From: a virus
Taxonomy: Duplodnaviria > Caudoviricetes
Direction: 5' to 3' (one strand)
Virus record (IMG/VR): IMGVR_UViG_3300020045_006925
Span: 1 to 36,872 of that record
Length of the DNA stretch: 36,872 bases
Position 1 is the first letter of the stretch. The number at the start of each line of letters is the position of its first letter. The notes below the pieces were generated by a model. It was not told where the DNA came from and made no database searches. It worked only from the letters and a program-made list of their open reading frames with translations. The position numbers and the translations under genes are program-made. Below, piece by piece: positions 16,194 to 24,483 of the stretch.

Positions 16194-17381
16194 ATGAATA
16201 AAGTCGCAACTATCTCCGGCGCAGAAATGCAAACTGAAAAACCCATTCCAGTTAAGGAGAAAATCGAGAAAAATCTTATAAGCCGAAAAGCCGAATTTGA
16301 AAAAGTTCTTCCGGCTCATATTACATTCGAAAAATTCCAACGCACAATCATGACAGCTATTGCAGCAAATCCTGATCTCACTCAAGCCGACCTTGGAAGC
16401 TTATTTTTATCTGCAATGAAATGCGCAACGGACGGCCTTCTCCCTGATGGGCGCGAAGCTGCTTTCGTGATCTTCAATACAAAAGTAAAAGAAGGCGGGC
16501 AAGATCGCTGGATCAAGAAAATCCAATATATGCCGATGTGGTTTGGTATTCTGAAGAAAATCCGCCAATCGAAAGAAGTCAAAAGTGTGGTCGCGCGTAT
16601 CGTTTATGAAGCCGATTTCAGACTTGGAAAATTTGAAGTTATCCAAGGCGATCACGAAGAGATCATTCACAGACCTTATTTTGGCAAAGAGCCTCGCGGC
16701 TCAATCATTGCCGCATATTGCATCGCCACACTTGAAAACGGAGAAGTGATCCGCGAAGTGATGACAGTGCAGGAAATTGAGAAAATCCGCCGCACTTCAA
16801 AATCAGGAAATAAAGAAGGAGAGGCGATTGGCATCTGGAAAGAATGGTACGAAGAAATGGCTCGCAAGACCGTATTCCGCAGGCTTGCAAAATGGCTTCC
16901 TCAATCTGCTGAAATGATCGATCGTGTATTTGCTCAAGATGATACGATGGATGCGATCGAGAGCATGGGGCCAGCCGAAAGGATGGAAAGCAACCCGAAG
17001 GCAATTGCAGATCAATCTTCACCTGAAGAAAGCGATCAAGCTTTGATCGAAAACAATCCTTCGATGGAAATGCCAGAAGGCCAAACTGATCTCTCTGAAA
17101 AGGTTGAAGCAAAACAGGCTGAAAAGGCTGCTCAAAAAGAAGTCTCAAAGCCTCAAGCTGAAGGAGCTGAAGCAAAGCCTTTGACACCATTCGGAAAGAT
17201 GATCAAAGCGGTTGAGCGTGCGATCGATCTTGAAGAAAACCCTGAAGGATTAGAGGCCATTTTCACAACCGACTACAAAAATGACTTCGCGGAAATAAAG
17301 AAAAAAGACGCAAAAGCCTATCAAGCTCTTGTGGATCGCCTTGAAGCCAGAAAACAGGAAATTACAGGTAAAGCGGAATAA
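16194..17381 (+). CDS. recT: RecT single-strand annealing recombinase with acidic C-terminal extension
   Basis: CATDGLLPDGREAAFV, W.EWYEEMARKTVFRRLAKWLPQS motifs. Confidence 0.95.
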   Translation: MNKVATISGAEMQTEKPIPVKEKIEKNLISRKAEFEKVLPAHITFEKFQRTIMTAIAANPDLTQADLGSLFLSAMKCATDGLLPDGREAAFVIFNTKVKEGGQDRWIKKIQYMPMWFGILKKIRQSKEVKSVVARIVYEADFRLGKFEVIQGDHEEIIHRPYFGKEPRGSIIAAYCIATLENGEVIREVMTVQEIEKIRRTSKSGNKEGEAIGIWKEWYEEMARKTVFRRLAKWLPQSAEMIDRVFAQDDTMDAIESMGPAERMESNPKAIADQSSPEESDQALIENNPSMEMPEGQTDLSEKVEAKQAEKAAQKEVSKPQAEGAEAKPLTPFGKMIKAVERAIDLEENPEGLEAIFTTDYKNDFAEIKKKDAKAYQALVDRLEARKQEITGKAE

Positions 17382-17382
17382 T

Positions 17383-17423
17383 TGTATTTTATTGCTTTAC
17401 AAATAAATAATCCCGATTAGAGT
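17383..17423 (+). promoter_or_regulatory. Rightward early promoter 3 with operator-like box
   Basis: TGTATTTTATTGCTTTACA (17383-17401), 16 nt, TAGAGT. Confidence 0.65.
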
Positions 17424-17429
17424 AATTCT

Positions 17430-17485
17430 TGAGAGGGGCGGACGGTGTTTTAGTCGTGCATCGGTATCGCCCCTCTCACTTTTTT
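17430..17485 (+). terminator. Long hairpin with U-tract (terminator or short leader RNA)
   Basis: TGAGAGGGGCG / CGCCCCTCTCA perfect 11-bp stem, inner CGGTGT/GCATCG stem, then CTTTTTT. Confidence 0.65.
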
Positions 17486-17511
17486 ATCACCCCAAAACCT
17501 AGGAAAACAAA

Positions 17512-17928
17512 ATGAAAGAACGCATTGAATTAACTGATAGCATCCAAATTGCTATTGCAAAAATGGTAGATGGAAATATAGGCGCCACAACCGCTCTGAT
17601 TGAAATCGCAAAATCAACTCCGATAATTGACCCTCAAAGCGCCCTCGGGCCGTTTTCAGTGTTGCTTGCTCTTGATCGGATGGGGCTTTATGGCTCTGAC
17701 ATCTGGATTGTTTATAAAGATATATGCAAGCAAGATACCTTAAAAGTTCAAACGCTTTTCCGTGCAATTCAACTCGGCTTTTATCGTGAAAGCGATCTTC
17801 TGAGTTTAGTGCAGCAAGATCGTCGAGGATTGCATAGCGATCAAACGAAGCAAGTTGATTTCGATGATTTACTTGCAAAAGTTCAAGGGCAACTTACAGA
17901 TTTTAATAAGCCTTCTGAAGCTGCGTAA
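17512..17928 (+). CDS. Hypothetical phage protein (138 aa)
   Basis: AGGA RBS; GNIGA...LDRMGLYGSDIWIVYKDIC pattern. Confidence 0.8.
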   Translation: MKERIELTDSIQIAIAKMVDGNIGATTALIEIAKSTPIIDPQSALGPFSVLLALDRMGLYGSDIWIVYKDICKQDTLKVQTLFRAIQLGFYRESDLLSLVQQDRRGLHSDQTKQVDFDDLLAKVQGQLTDFNKPSEAA

Positions 17929-18041
17929 CTGACTAAAACCGTGTTTGCCGAGCGGACTATATCGGCCATTTTTCAAACAACCAAAAACAGAGGTAAAAAT
18001 GAATATCGATCAAGAAATCCAAGCGGAAAAAGGAGAATATC

Positions 18042-18548
18042 ATGGTTAAAATGGTAACAATGACTAAAGCTCAATATGATCAAACTCAAGCAGAGCTTAA
18101 GCGCTTGCAAGAGGAAGTGATTTCATTTTCATCTATGCGTGACAAAGATGCAGATACTATCGGAAATCTCAAGTCAACCGTCGAATATCAGAACAATACT
18201 GTTTCATCAAAAAACGAAGAAATCAGCAAACTGAAAAAGCAAATCGCTTCGCAAAATGATCAATATTCAGGCTTAACAAACTTTATTGGAAGAATGCACA
18301 AAGCAATCGATATCGTAAGAAAAGAAGTCAATGATTTCGGCCAAGAAAAAAAACCATCATATAAATTTGGAAGGCATGGTGAGCCTGTTTTGGTCGATCC
18401 TCCGACACCGATATCTGCTGATCGTCAACTTGGTAAAGTTGAAGGAATGCTTCAGGGAATTCTTGCAAAATATAATATTCAGGAATTTGAAAATCTTGAA
18501 GATATGGGCGCCACTGCAAGCCCTTATGCTAAAAACCTGCCATTTTAA
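18042..18548 (+). CDS. Hypothetical coiled-coil protein (168 aa)
   Basis: AAGGAG RBS, heptad-rich. Confidence 0.8.
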   Translation: MVKMVTMTKAQYDQTQAELKRLQEEVISFSSMRDKDADTIGNLKSTVEYQNNTVSSKNEEISKLKKQIASQNDQYSGLTNFIGRMHKAIDIVRKEVNDFGQEKKPSYKFGRHGEPVLVDPPTPISADRQLGKVEGMLQGILAKYNIQEFENLEDMGATASPYAKNLPF

Positions 18549-18579
18549 TCAACCAGCCTAGAAACAAGGAATATTTATC

Positions 18580-20463
18580 ATGACAAAAGTACACTCTCTC
18601 CAATTGCCACACCTGAAGCTTTGGGAAGGCAACGTGCGCAAGATTGACGTAGAAAGCAATCTTGAAGAGCTGAAAGCTTCAATCGTATCGGTGGGGCTTC
18701 TATCGCCTTTAACCGTATTCTATCAATCCGATCTCGATCTTTATCACGTTGTAGCTGGCCAGAGGCGCTTTCTTGCTCTTCAGCAATTGAAAGAAGAAAA
18801 CCTGATCAGCCAGAATTTGCTGATCCCCTGCCTTGTGATTGATGAAAAAGACGCACTCGAAGCATCGATCGCAGAAAATGCAATCCGCGAAGAAATGCAC
18901 CCGATCGATGAATATGTCGCCTTCAAAGACTTGGCCGAAAAAGGCGTAACGATTGGCGCGATCGCAACAAAATTCGGATATGAAGAAAAATATGTCGAAA
19001 AGCTGCTGCGCCTCGGCCGTCTGCATCCTGATTTGCTTGAGCTTTTCAGAGAAGAAAAAATCAAGATGGATCAGCTCCAAGCCTTTACCCTCACCGATGA
19101 TCAAGAAGAGCAGCTCCGCATTTGGAATGCGCTTAAAGATCAATCTTCATGGCAGCGCGGGGCGCGTGAAATCCGCCAAGCGATCACAAAAGCAGAAATC
19201 TCCGTGACTGATAAAAGAGCGCGATTTGTTACTGTTGAAGCCTATAAAGCTGCTGGCGGCGAAATGCGCGTGGATCTGTTCGATGATCGAAATTCAGGCT
19301 ATTTGCTTAATTCGGAGCTGCTGAATAAGCTGGTTGAAGAGAAGCTTCAGGCCACAAAGCAATCTTACATCGATGCTGGCTGGCGCTGGTGCGAAATCTG
19401 GGAAGAATTAAACTTTTCTTCTCTCAATAAATTTGTCGAAGAAAAAGGCCGCAAAACGCCAATGTCAGACGAAGAGAAAGAGCAGCTCAAAACTTTAAAA
19501 GCTGAATATGATGCTCTCGATCAGATTTATGAAGAAAGCGATGATGGCTTTGACGAAGTTCAGCAAGATCGATACGAAAAGCTTGAAGAAGAAATCAAGA
19601 AAATTGAAGATCGTCCGATCGTTTATTCTCAAGCTTGCATGAAGCGATCAGGCGTGATTTTGCACCTTTCGAATTCAGGACAAATTGAAGTTAAAGCGGG
19701 CATGACACGCAAAGCGGATGCAAAAAAGGCTGAAGGATCAAAAGACGATCAAGAAAGCCTTCCTGCAAACGAAGATAAAAAAGGCATTTCTCAAAGCTTG
19801 CTTGTTGATCTGCACAAAGAGCGCGATGCGGCCATTCGCTGCGAGCTGCTCTCTCGCCCTGATTTGACTTTGATAACCTTTGTTTTTGGGCTGATCAAAA
19901 CATACGGCGGATATCTAAACGTAAGTGTTACCACGCACACACCGAAAGAAGGCACACCAGCAGCAAAAGCTTTCGATGATTGCCATGATACTTTTGTCGG
20001 CTGGGGAATGCCTGAAGATCGATATGATGATCAGGGGATTTGGCAATGGCTTGCAGGATTGAGGGCCGGAGAGCTGCAATCGATCGCAAACTATTATCTG
20101 GCTTTTTCCTTCAATAGCTATCTTTCAGGCCGCGCGCGACTTGTGAATGCAATCGGGGAATTCAATATGCGAGATTATTTCACTCCGACCGCAGCCAACT
20201 ATTTCGGCAAAGTCAGCAAAGATCAGATTATTTCTGATCTTAAAGAAATGGGCTTCACGAATGCTCCTTCTGGACTTGGCGCTTTGGAAAAAGTAAAAAG
20301 ATCAGAGCTTGCCAAGATTGCTGAAAACTTCATAAAATCAAGCACCGATGGCCAAGCTATGACTTGGGTGCCAAAAGCCCTACGATTTGATTTAACTGAA
20401 ACCGATGAAACCGAAGAAGAGGAGATCGAAGAAGATCATGACGAAAACAATGACAATGAATAA
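18580..20463 (+). CDS. Large ParB/RepB/Spo0J-family protein of plasmid/ICE type (627 aa)
   Basis: VVAGQRR, SIAEN.IREEMHPIDE, HTH IATKFG...LRLGRL, RFV..EAYKAAGG..RVDLF, GWRW, FTPTAANYFGKVSK motifs. Confidence 0.88.
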   Translation: MTKVHSLQLPHLKLWEGNVRKIDVESNLEELKASIVSVGLLSPLTVFYQSDLDLYHVVAGQRRFLALQQLKEENLISQNLLIPCLVIDEKDALEASIAENAIREEMHPIDEYVAFKDLAEKGVTIGAIATKFGYEEKYVEKLLRLGRLHPDLLELFREEKIKMDQLQAFTLTDDQEEQLRIWNALKDQSSWQRGAREIRQAITKAEISVTDKRARFVTVEAYKAAGGEMRVDLFDDRNSGYLLNSELLNKLVEEKLQATKQSYIDAGWRWCEIWEELNFSSLNKFVEEKGRKTPMSDEEKEQLKTLKAEYDALDQIYEESDDGFDEVQQDRYEKLEEEIKKIEDRPIVYSQACMKRSGVILHLSNSGQIEVKAGMTRKADAKKAEGSKDDQESLPANEDKKGISQSLLVDLHKERDAAIRCELLSRPDLTLITFVFGLIKTYGGYLNVSVTTHTPKEGTPAAKAFDDCHDTFVGWGMPEDRYDDQGIWQWLAGLRAGELQSIANYYLAFSFNSYLSGRARLVNAIGEFNMRDYFTPTAANYFGKVSKDQIISDLKEMGFTNAPSGLGALEKVKRSELAKIAENFIKSSTDGQAMTWVPKALRFDLTETDETEEEEIEEDHDENNDNE

Positions 20464-20629
20464 AGACAAATGCTATGGATGCGGAAAAGAATTTTGCATC
20501 TGCGGAGTGATTTCAAGCGATCAAAAGTTTGAAGACGGAGAAAAGTTTGCGATTGCCCTCATGATCTTGATGGTAATCGGAACACTGATCACATTGACCA
20601 AAGTCTGCAAGCTTTGCGGCATTTTATAG
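20456..20629 (+). CDS. Small Cys-rich membrane protein (start uncertain: 20438/20450/20456)
   Basis: CYGC...CIC plus hydrophobic helix; overlaps ParB stop. Confidence 0.55.
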   Translation: MNKDKCYGCGKEFCICGVISSDQKFEDGEKFAIALMILMVIGTLITLTKVCKLCGIL

Positions 20630-20638
20630 GAGAACGGA

Positions 20639-20911
20639 ATGTATAAGCCTGATAACAGATTGACCAAAACCGAAGCATTGATGAAGGGTCTTTTCGAAGG
20701 AATTGGTAATGTTCTGAATGGTGCAAACTGCCCTCATGATAAAAAACGCCTCGGATTTGCTCTGATCGTTTTTGATGTGAATATCGGAGCGAAAGCTGGC
20801 CGCATGAATTATATGTCGGACTGCAATCGAGAAGATATGATCGCGGCAATGAAGGAAATGATCGGCCAGCTTGAAGGACGTGCGCACGAAGCTCCGGCAA
20901 TGAAGCAATAA
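20639..20911 (+). CDS. Hypothetical phage protein (90 aa)
   Basis: AGGAG RBS; GFALIVF...NYMSD..REDMIAAMKE pattern. Confidence 0.8.
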   Translation: MYKPDNRLTKTEALMKGLFEGIGNVLNGANCPHDKKRLGFALIVFDVNIGAKAGRMNYMSDCNREDMIAAMKEMIGQLEGRAHEAPAMKQ

Positions 20912-20971
20912 TTAAATTTGCAATTTCTTTGATTTGCGTGTTTAATAAAGCTTCTTGTTTCTAGGTTGACG

Positions 20972-21008
20972 AAATGGCTTCTGGATTTACCTCCCAGAAG
21001 CCATTTTT
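20972..21008. terminator. Bidirectional intrinsic terminator
   Basis: AAATGGCTTCTGG / CCAGAAGCCATTT 13-bp stem between convergent operons. Confidence 0.85.
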
Positions 21009-21454
21009 CATTGTGCAGCTTGAGCTTTGAAAACGCCCTGCAATCCTAAGACCTGAAGCCGATATCGCTCACCCTCTGCCAGCAGCTTCAGATAAGCTTC
21101 GCCTGATATCACTTTATCAGAGCCGTTCCCCGCTTCAGAAGGCTTTCCTTGTTCGGCTCGACCATCAGATCGGCTCCCGGCTTGACCTGAAACTCGGAGG
21201 CAGGTTTTCCCGTACACGCGGAGAGCATCGTCAAGCTCACTAGACAAAGAAGTAATTTTGTTTTGATATTCATGTGACACCTTTTCGCTTGCAGCTATGG
21301 ATTTTTCGCAATCTGCTTTCAGTGAAGCTTTCTGATCTTTCAATGCTTCAATCTGCTTTTTCTCAAGCCTATTGATTGAGAGACTGTGCGCTCCGTACCC
21401 CAGTAATGAAGTTATCGCCATTGAAATCAAAATAATCAAAATCGTGGGGTTCAA
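21008..21454 (-). CDS. Rz: Rz-like inner-membrane spanin
   Basis: N-terminal TM helix, coiled-coil periplasmic part, follows lysozyme; TTG start with AAGGAG RBS. Confidence 0.85.
   Translation of the reverse strand: MNPTILIILISMAITSLLGYGAHSLSINRLEKKQIEALKDQKASLKADCEKSIAASEKVSHEYQNKITSLSSELDDALRVYGKTCLRVSGQAGSRSDGRAEQGKPSEAGNGSDKVISGEAYLKLLAEGERYRLQVLGLQGVFKAQAAQ
21109..21273 (-). CDS. Rz1: Rz1-like outer-membrane lipoprotein spanin embedded in Rz (54 aa; not in ORF track)
   Basis: Hand translation MNIKTKLLLCLVSLTMLSAC|TGKPASEFQVKPGADLMVEP...; signal peptide with LSAC lipobox in an alternate frame. Confidence 0.88.
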   Translation of the reverse strand: MNIKTKLLLCLVSLTMLSACTGKPASEFQVKPGADLMVEPNKESLLKRGTALIK

Positions 21455-21947
21455 GGCAAAGCTCCTTCTCTTTTTGGCGCCTGATGATCAGGCCGTAACA
21501 ATTATTCGATCTTACAGTACAATCTCGGCCTTTTGCAAACTTCCATTTTGGGAACTCATTGCACGCCCCTTTGAAGTCTCTGCGATTGATCTTCTTGCGC
21601 ATTGTTGATTTTGCGAAGTTTTGAGCGCCAGCATTGAAAATGAAGGAGAGCGCAGCAGCTTTGACATTTACGGGGACTTCGTGGGGATTGTTTACCAGCT
21701 TATTGAAAGCATTCTCTGCGATATCTACGTCCTGCTGAAACCATTCATCGCATTGCTTTTTATCGGCAATCTGATTTTCTGTGACGTTTAAAGTGTGGCC
21801 CCTGCAAATCGTCCAGATGCCTACACTATCTCGATATGATTTGAATTTGATGCCCTCGAAGGGGATCATAAAAGAGGCGGCAATCACCGCCGCCGCTACT
21901 GTGCCTAAAACAGATAATTTAATCTTTTGGATTAAGCCTTTTTCCAT
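21369..21947 (-). CDS. Endolysin, GH24 lysozyme with probable SAR anchor
   Basis: FEG...YRDSVGIWTIC.GHT (E-D-T triad), GAC..F.KW, GL..RR..E..LC; Ala/Val-rich N-terminal helix. Confidence 0.95.
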   Translation of the reverse strand: MEKGLIQKIKLSVLGTVAAAVIAASFMIPFEGIKFKSYRDSVGIWTICRGHTLNVTENQIADKKQCDEWFQQDVDIAENAFNKLVNNPHEVPVNVKAAALSFIFNAGAQNFAKSTMRKKINRRDFKGACNEFPKWKFAKGRDCTVRSNNCYGLIIRRQKEKELCLEPHDFDYFDFNGDNFITGVRSAQSLNQ

Positions 21948-22125
21948 TGCGTTTTTTCTCCTCGTTCACCTCTTTATGCCATTTCCACAAGAGATACGCA
22001 ATTTGCAAAAAGATATAGATCATCGTCAGGTTTGCAGCCGTGACGCTTTCGGTGAGAAAAGAATAGCCAGTTCCAAATATTGCGGGAGCAGTTTTTGCGC
22101 CCTCGCTTGCAAATTCAATTTTCAT
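21919..22125 (-). CDS. Putative holin/pinholin (68 aa)
   Basis: GGGGGAG RBS, hydrophobic segment(s), basic C-terminus, directly upstream of lysozyme. Confidence 0.7.
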   Translation of the reverse strand: MKIEFASEGAKTAPAIFGTGYSFLTESVTAANLTMIYIFLQIAYLLWKWHKEVNEEKKRNGKRLNPKD

Positions 22126-22145
22126 TCTATGGGCTCCCCCGTCAG

Positions 22146-22691
22146 TTAGATGTAGCATGATATCACCTCTCTCAAATTTGGATCACAACATAAACCAATA
22201 AATGAGCCGATAATAGGTTCCGAATATTTCCAATCATCGCGCTTGTGAATTCTATAATAAATTTCTTGGCCGATAAAGTGACCAAAAACAAATCCGAAAG
22301 TTATGATTGGAATGCAATAAATGTTTTCAGTTGCTAAAGCAAAGCAGCTACCCGCCCAGCAGCCCCGCTGAAGGGCTTTCTTGATCCCGTATGATCTGCC
22401 ATCGATATAAGTGAATAAAACGCGCCCAAAGAGCTTAAAATCGACTTTATCGGGCTTCCATTTAAGGTATTCACCCCAACCATGCCCCCAGCGTCCTATC
22501 GCACCCGCTTCTTCTCCCATCGAAGCATAAACTCCGATCATCCATGCGATTGTCACTTTGAGCGCATAAATCCATCCCCATTGAAGGCAGAATGCAAAAA
22601 TGAGAGCTGCTGCTAAAAGGTGGCCAGAGTGGACTTTGAACTGCCCGCCCTTCACTGCATAAGCAACGGCAAAAGCTAAAATCGAAAGCAT
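22146..22691 (-). CDS. Multi-pass membrane protein (181 aa), function unknown
   Basis: Several hydrophobic segments; between tail fibre and holin; TAATG coupling. Confidence 0.75.
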   Translation of the reverse strand: MLSILAFAVAYAVKGGQFKVHSGHLLAAALIFAFCLQWGWIYALKVTIAWMIGVYASMGEEAGAIGRWGHGWGEYLKWKPDKVDFKLFGRVLFTYIDGRSYGIKKALQRGCWAGSCFALATENIYCIPIITFGFVFGHFIGQEIYYRIHKRDDWKYSEPIIGSFIGLCCDPNLREVISCYI

Positions 22692-24481
22692 TATCTTATC
22701 CTTGTGATTGTGAAGCGAGAAGAAGCTGCTAAAGTCCCGTTCGTGCTTATTGCGTCAAGATGGGGGCGGATAACGTCACCAGCCACGCAAATAATCGGAT
22801 CGCTACAATGCGCAAGATAGTTTGCTTGCGCGGTTGTTACTGCTTTCATTTGATGGGTGGCGGTAATCGAAACGATCGATGTTGTAAGCTGGTTTGAGTT
22901 TTTACTGATACCAAAAACACCAGTCGCATTAAAGCTATCGGTATAGCTTACCTCATAAACACCGTCCGCATTGATTGTAAAAGATGCCCCGTTATTTACG
23001 CTATCCGCGTAAGTGATATCAGTTCCAACTGTTTCAATAACGGTTGAAAATCTCCTAATTGCTGTATTGACCACTCCGGCCCCGTTGGAAGTACCCACTC
23101 GCACCATGCTTTGAGTTCCCAGAGCAGCTTTCAAGTTCTGTGCATTTACCAGCTTGCTCGGGGTTCCCGCAATGATTTCAGCAGTTGATGCAACGATGGC
23201 AGCAGTCAGCATCGGATAAGTGATTGAGTTATTTGAAGGAGTGACAGTGCCGGGAATTCCTTTGACGCCTGAAATGCCGATATTCCAATCCGCAGCAGTT
23301 CCAGCCCCGCCAGTTTCGGTCACGTTCACCACAAGAGCGCCTGTCAAAATATTATATGAGGTAACTTGGCCATAAAAATAATTTGCCGGAGTTGCATTCG
23401 AAGAAATCAGAATGAAGCCTCCAATAAAGAAATTCTTTCCTGTCTGCGTAGTGAAGCTTTTAGAGCCTATACCAATAGTATTATTTGTTACTGAAGTTCC
23501 CTGAAGGCTTGTCGCAGAGGCCGCAGCATCCATCGCGGACACGTTTGCAGCCAGAGCGAAGGCTTCAGCAGCAGCAGCAGAGGCGGAGGCCGCAGCGACC
23601 AAAGTCGAGAATGCAAATCCGGCGATCAAAGCCCCATTTTTCGGAGCTTTCGCAAAAGCAATCGTTGTATTATTTAAGGTAAATTCAGTCGGCAAGACAA
23701 CTTCACGGCCTTGGCTTTCAACCAGCTTTAAAGATACGTTGTCAAGAGTTCCAGTGAAGCCAGTCGTATCAAATCCGATCAATTGGGTTGCTCCGGCCAC
23801 GATCGTTTCGGTGTAAGTTCCAGTCAAAGCGCGACCAGTTCCAAGAGTTCCGCCGATATTCGGGGTAATTGTTCCCGCTGCGCGTGTGATGGTATATTGA
23901 AGGCTATATGTTTGACCCGCATTGATGGTATCAACCGCATTCTGATTGATCGGAGTTGAAATCGCACCAGCCGCATTCGCAACGCCAGCCGCGATCGTCC
24001 AGCCAGCTCCTTTCGTCCAGTCGGTATCGGTTGCAAAGTTACCGTTTTTGAAGAATTCAACCAATCCATTATCGATAAAGAAAAGCACCGCATTTTCGTC
24101 AGTACCGAGAGGCTGCGAAAGAGCGAAAACAGTTTGAACTCCGTCACCTGTAAACGATTGGAAATATGAAGCACCTGCAGGTGCAACCGTATTGAAGGAC
24201 GTAACGCCTCGCATCCAGATTGGATCAGAGCCATCGGAATTCGTGATCAGGAAATCATAAGAGCCTTGTATCCAGATCAGCCCCACGTTTCCGCTACCGT
24301 GATCAGGCAATCCCGAAGAGTTTAAAACGACTGGATTTTGCGCTTGAGCCAAGCCATCCGCAGCCGTGAAGGTTGCTTTATCGGTGAGAGTTCCTGCGGC
24401 GTAGGTGTGGACTAAGCCACCATTACGAGGAAGGCCATTGCTATCAAGAAACTGAAGATATGGGGGCATTGCTACAGGCAT
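22691..24481 (-). CDS. Tail fibre/receptor-binding protein with P22 head-binding-like N-terminus
   Basis: QFLDSNGLP..GG.VHTYAAGT...NPVVLNSSG N-terminus; G/T/A-rich beta modules; position after ejection genes. Confidence 0.85.
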   Translation of the reverse strand: MPVAMPPYLQFLDSNGLPRNGGLVHTYAAGTLTDKATFTAADGLAQAQNPVVLNSSGLPDHGSGNVGLIWIQGSYDFLITNSDGSDPIWMRGVTSFNTVAPAGASYFQSFTGDGVQTVFALSQPLGTDENAVLFFIDNGLVEFFKNGNFATDTDWTKGAGWTIAAGVANAAGAISTPINQNAVDTINAGQTYSLQYTITRAAGTITPNIGGTLGTGRALTGTYTETIVAGATQLIGFDTTGFTGTLDNVSLKLVESQGREVVLPTEFTLNNTTIAFAKAPKNGALIAGFAFSTLVAAASASAAAAEAFALAANVSAMDAAASATSLQGTSVTNNTIGIGSKSFTTQTGKNFFIGGFILISSNATPANYFYGQVTSYNILTGALVVNVTETGGAGTAADWNIGISGVKGIPGTVTPSNNSITYPMLTAAIVASTAEIIAGTPSKLVNAQNLKAALGTQSMVRVGTSNGAGVVNTAIRRFSTVIETVGTDITYADSVNNGASFTINADGVYEVSYTDSFNATGVFGISKNSNQLTTSIVSITATHQMKAVTTAQANYLAHCSDPIICVAGDVIRPHLDAISTNGTLAASSRFTITRIR

Positions 24482-24483
24482 TT

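Noticed and set aside
22691-24481. Diversity-generating retroelement target in the tail fibre
   Set aside because: No reverse transcriptase gene and no template-repeat copy seen
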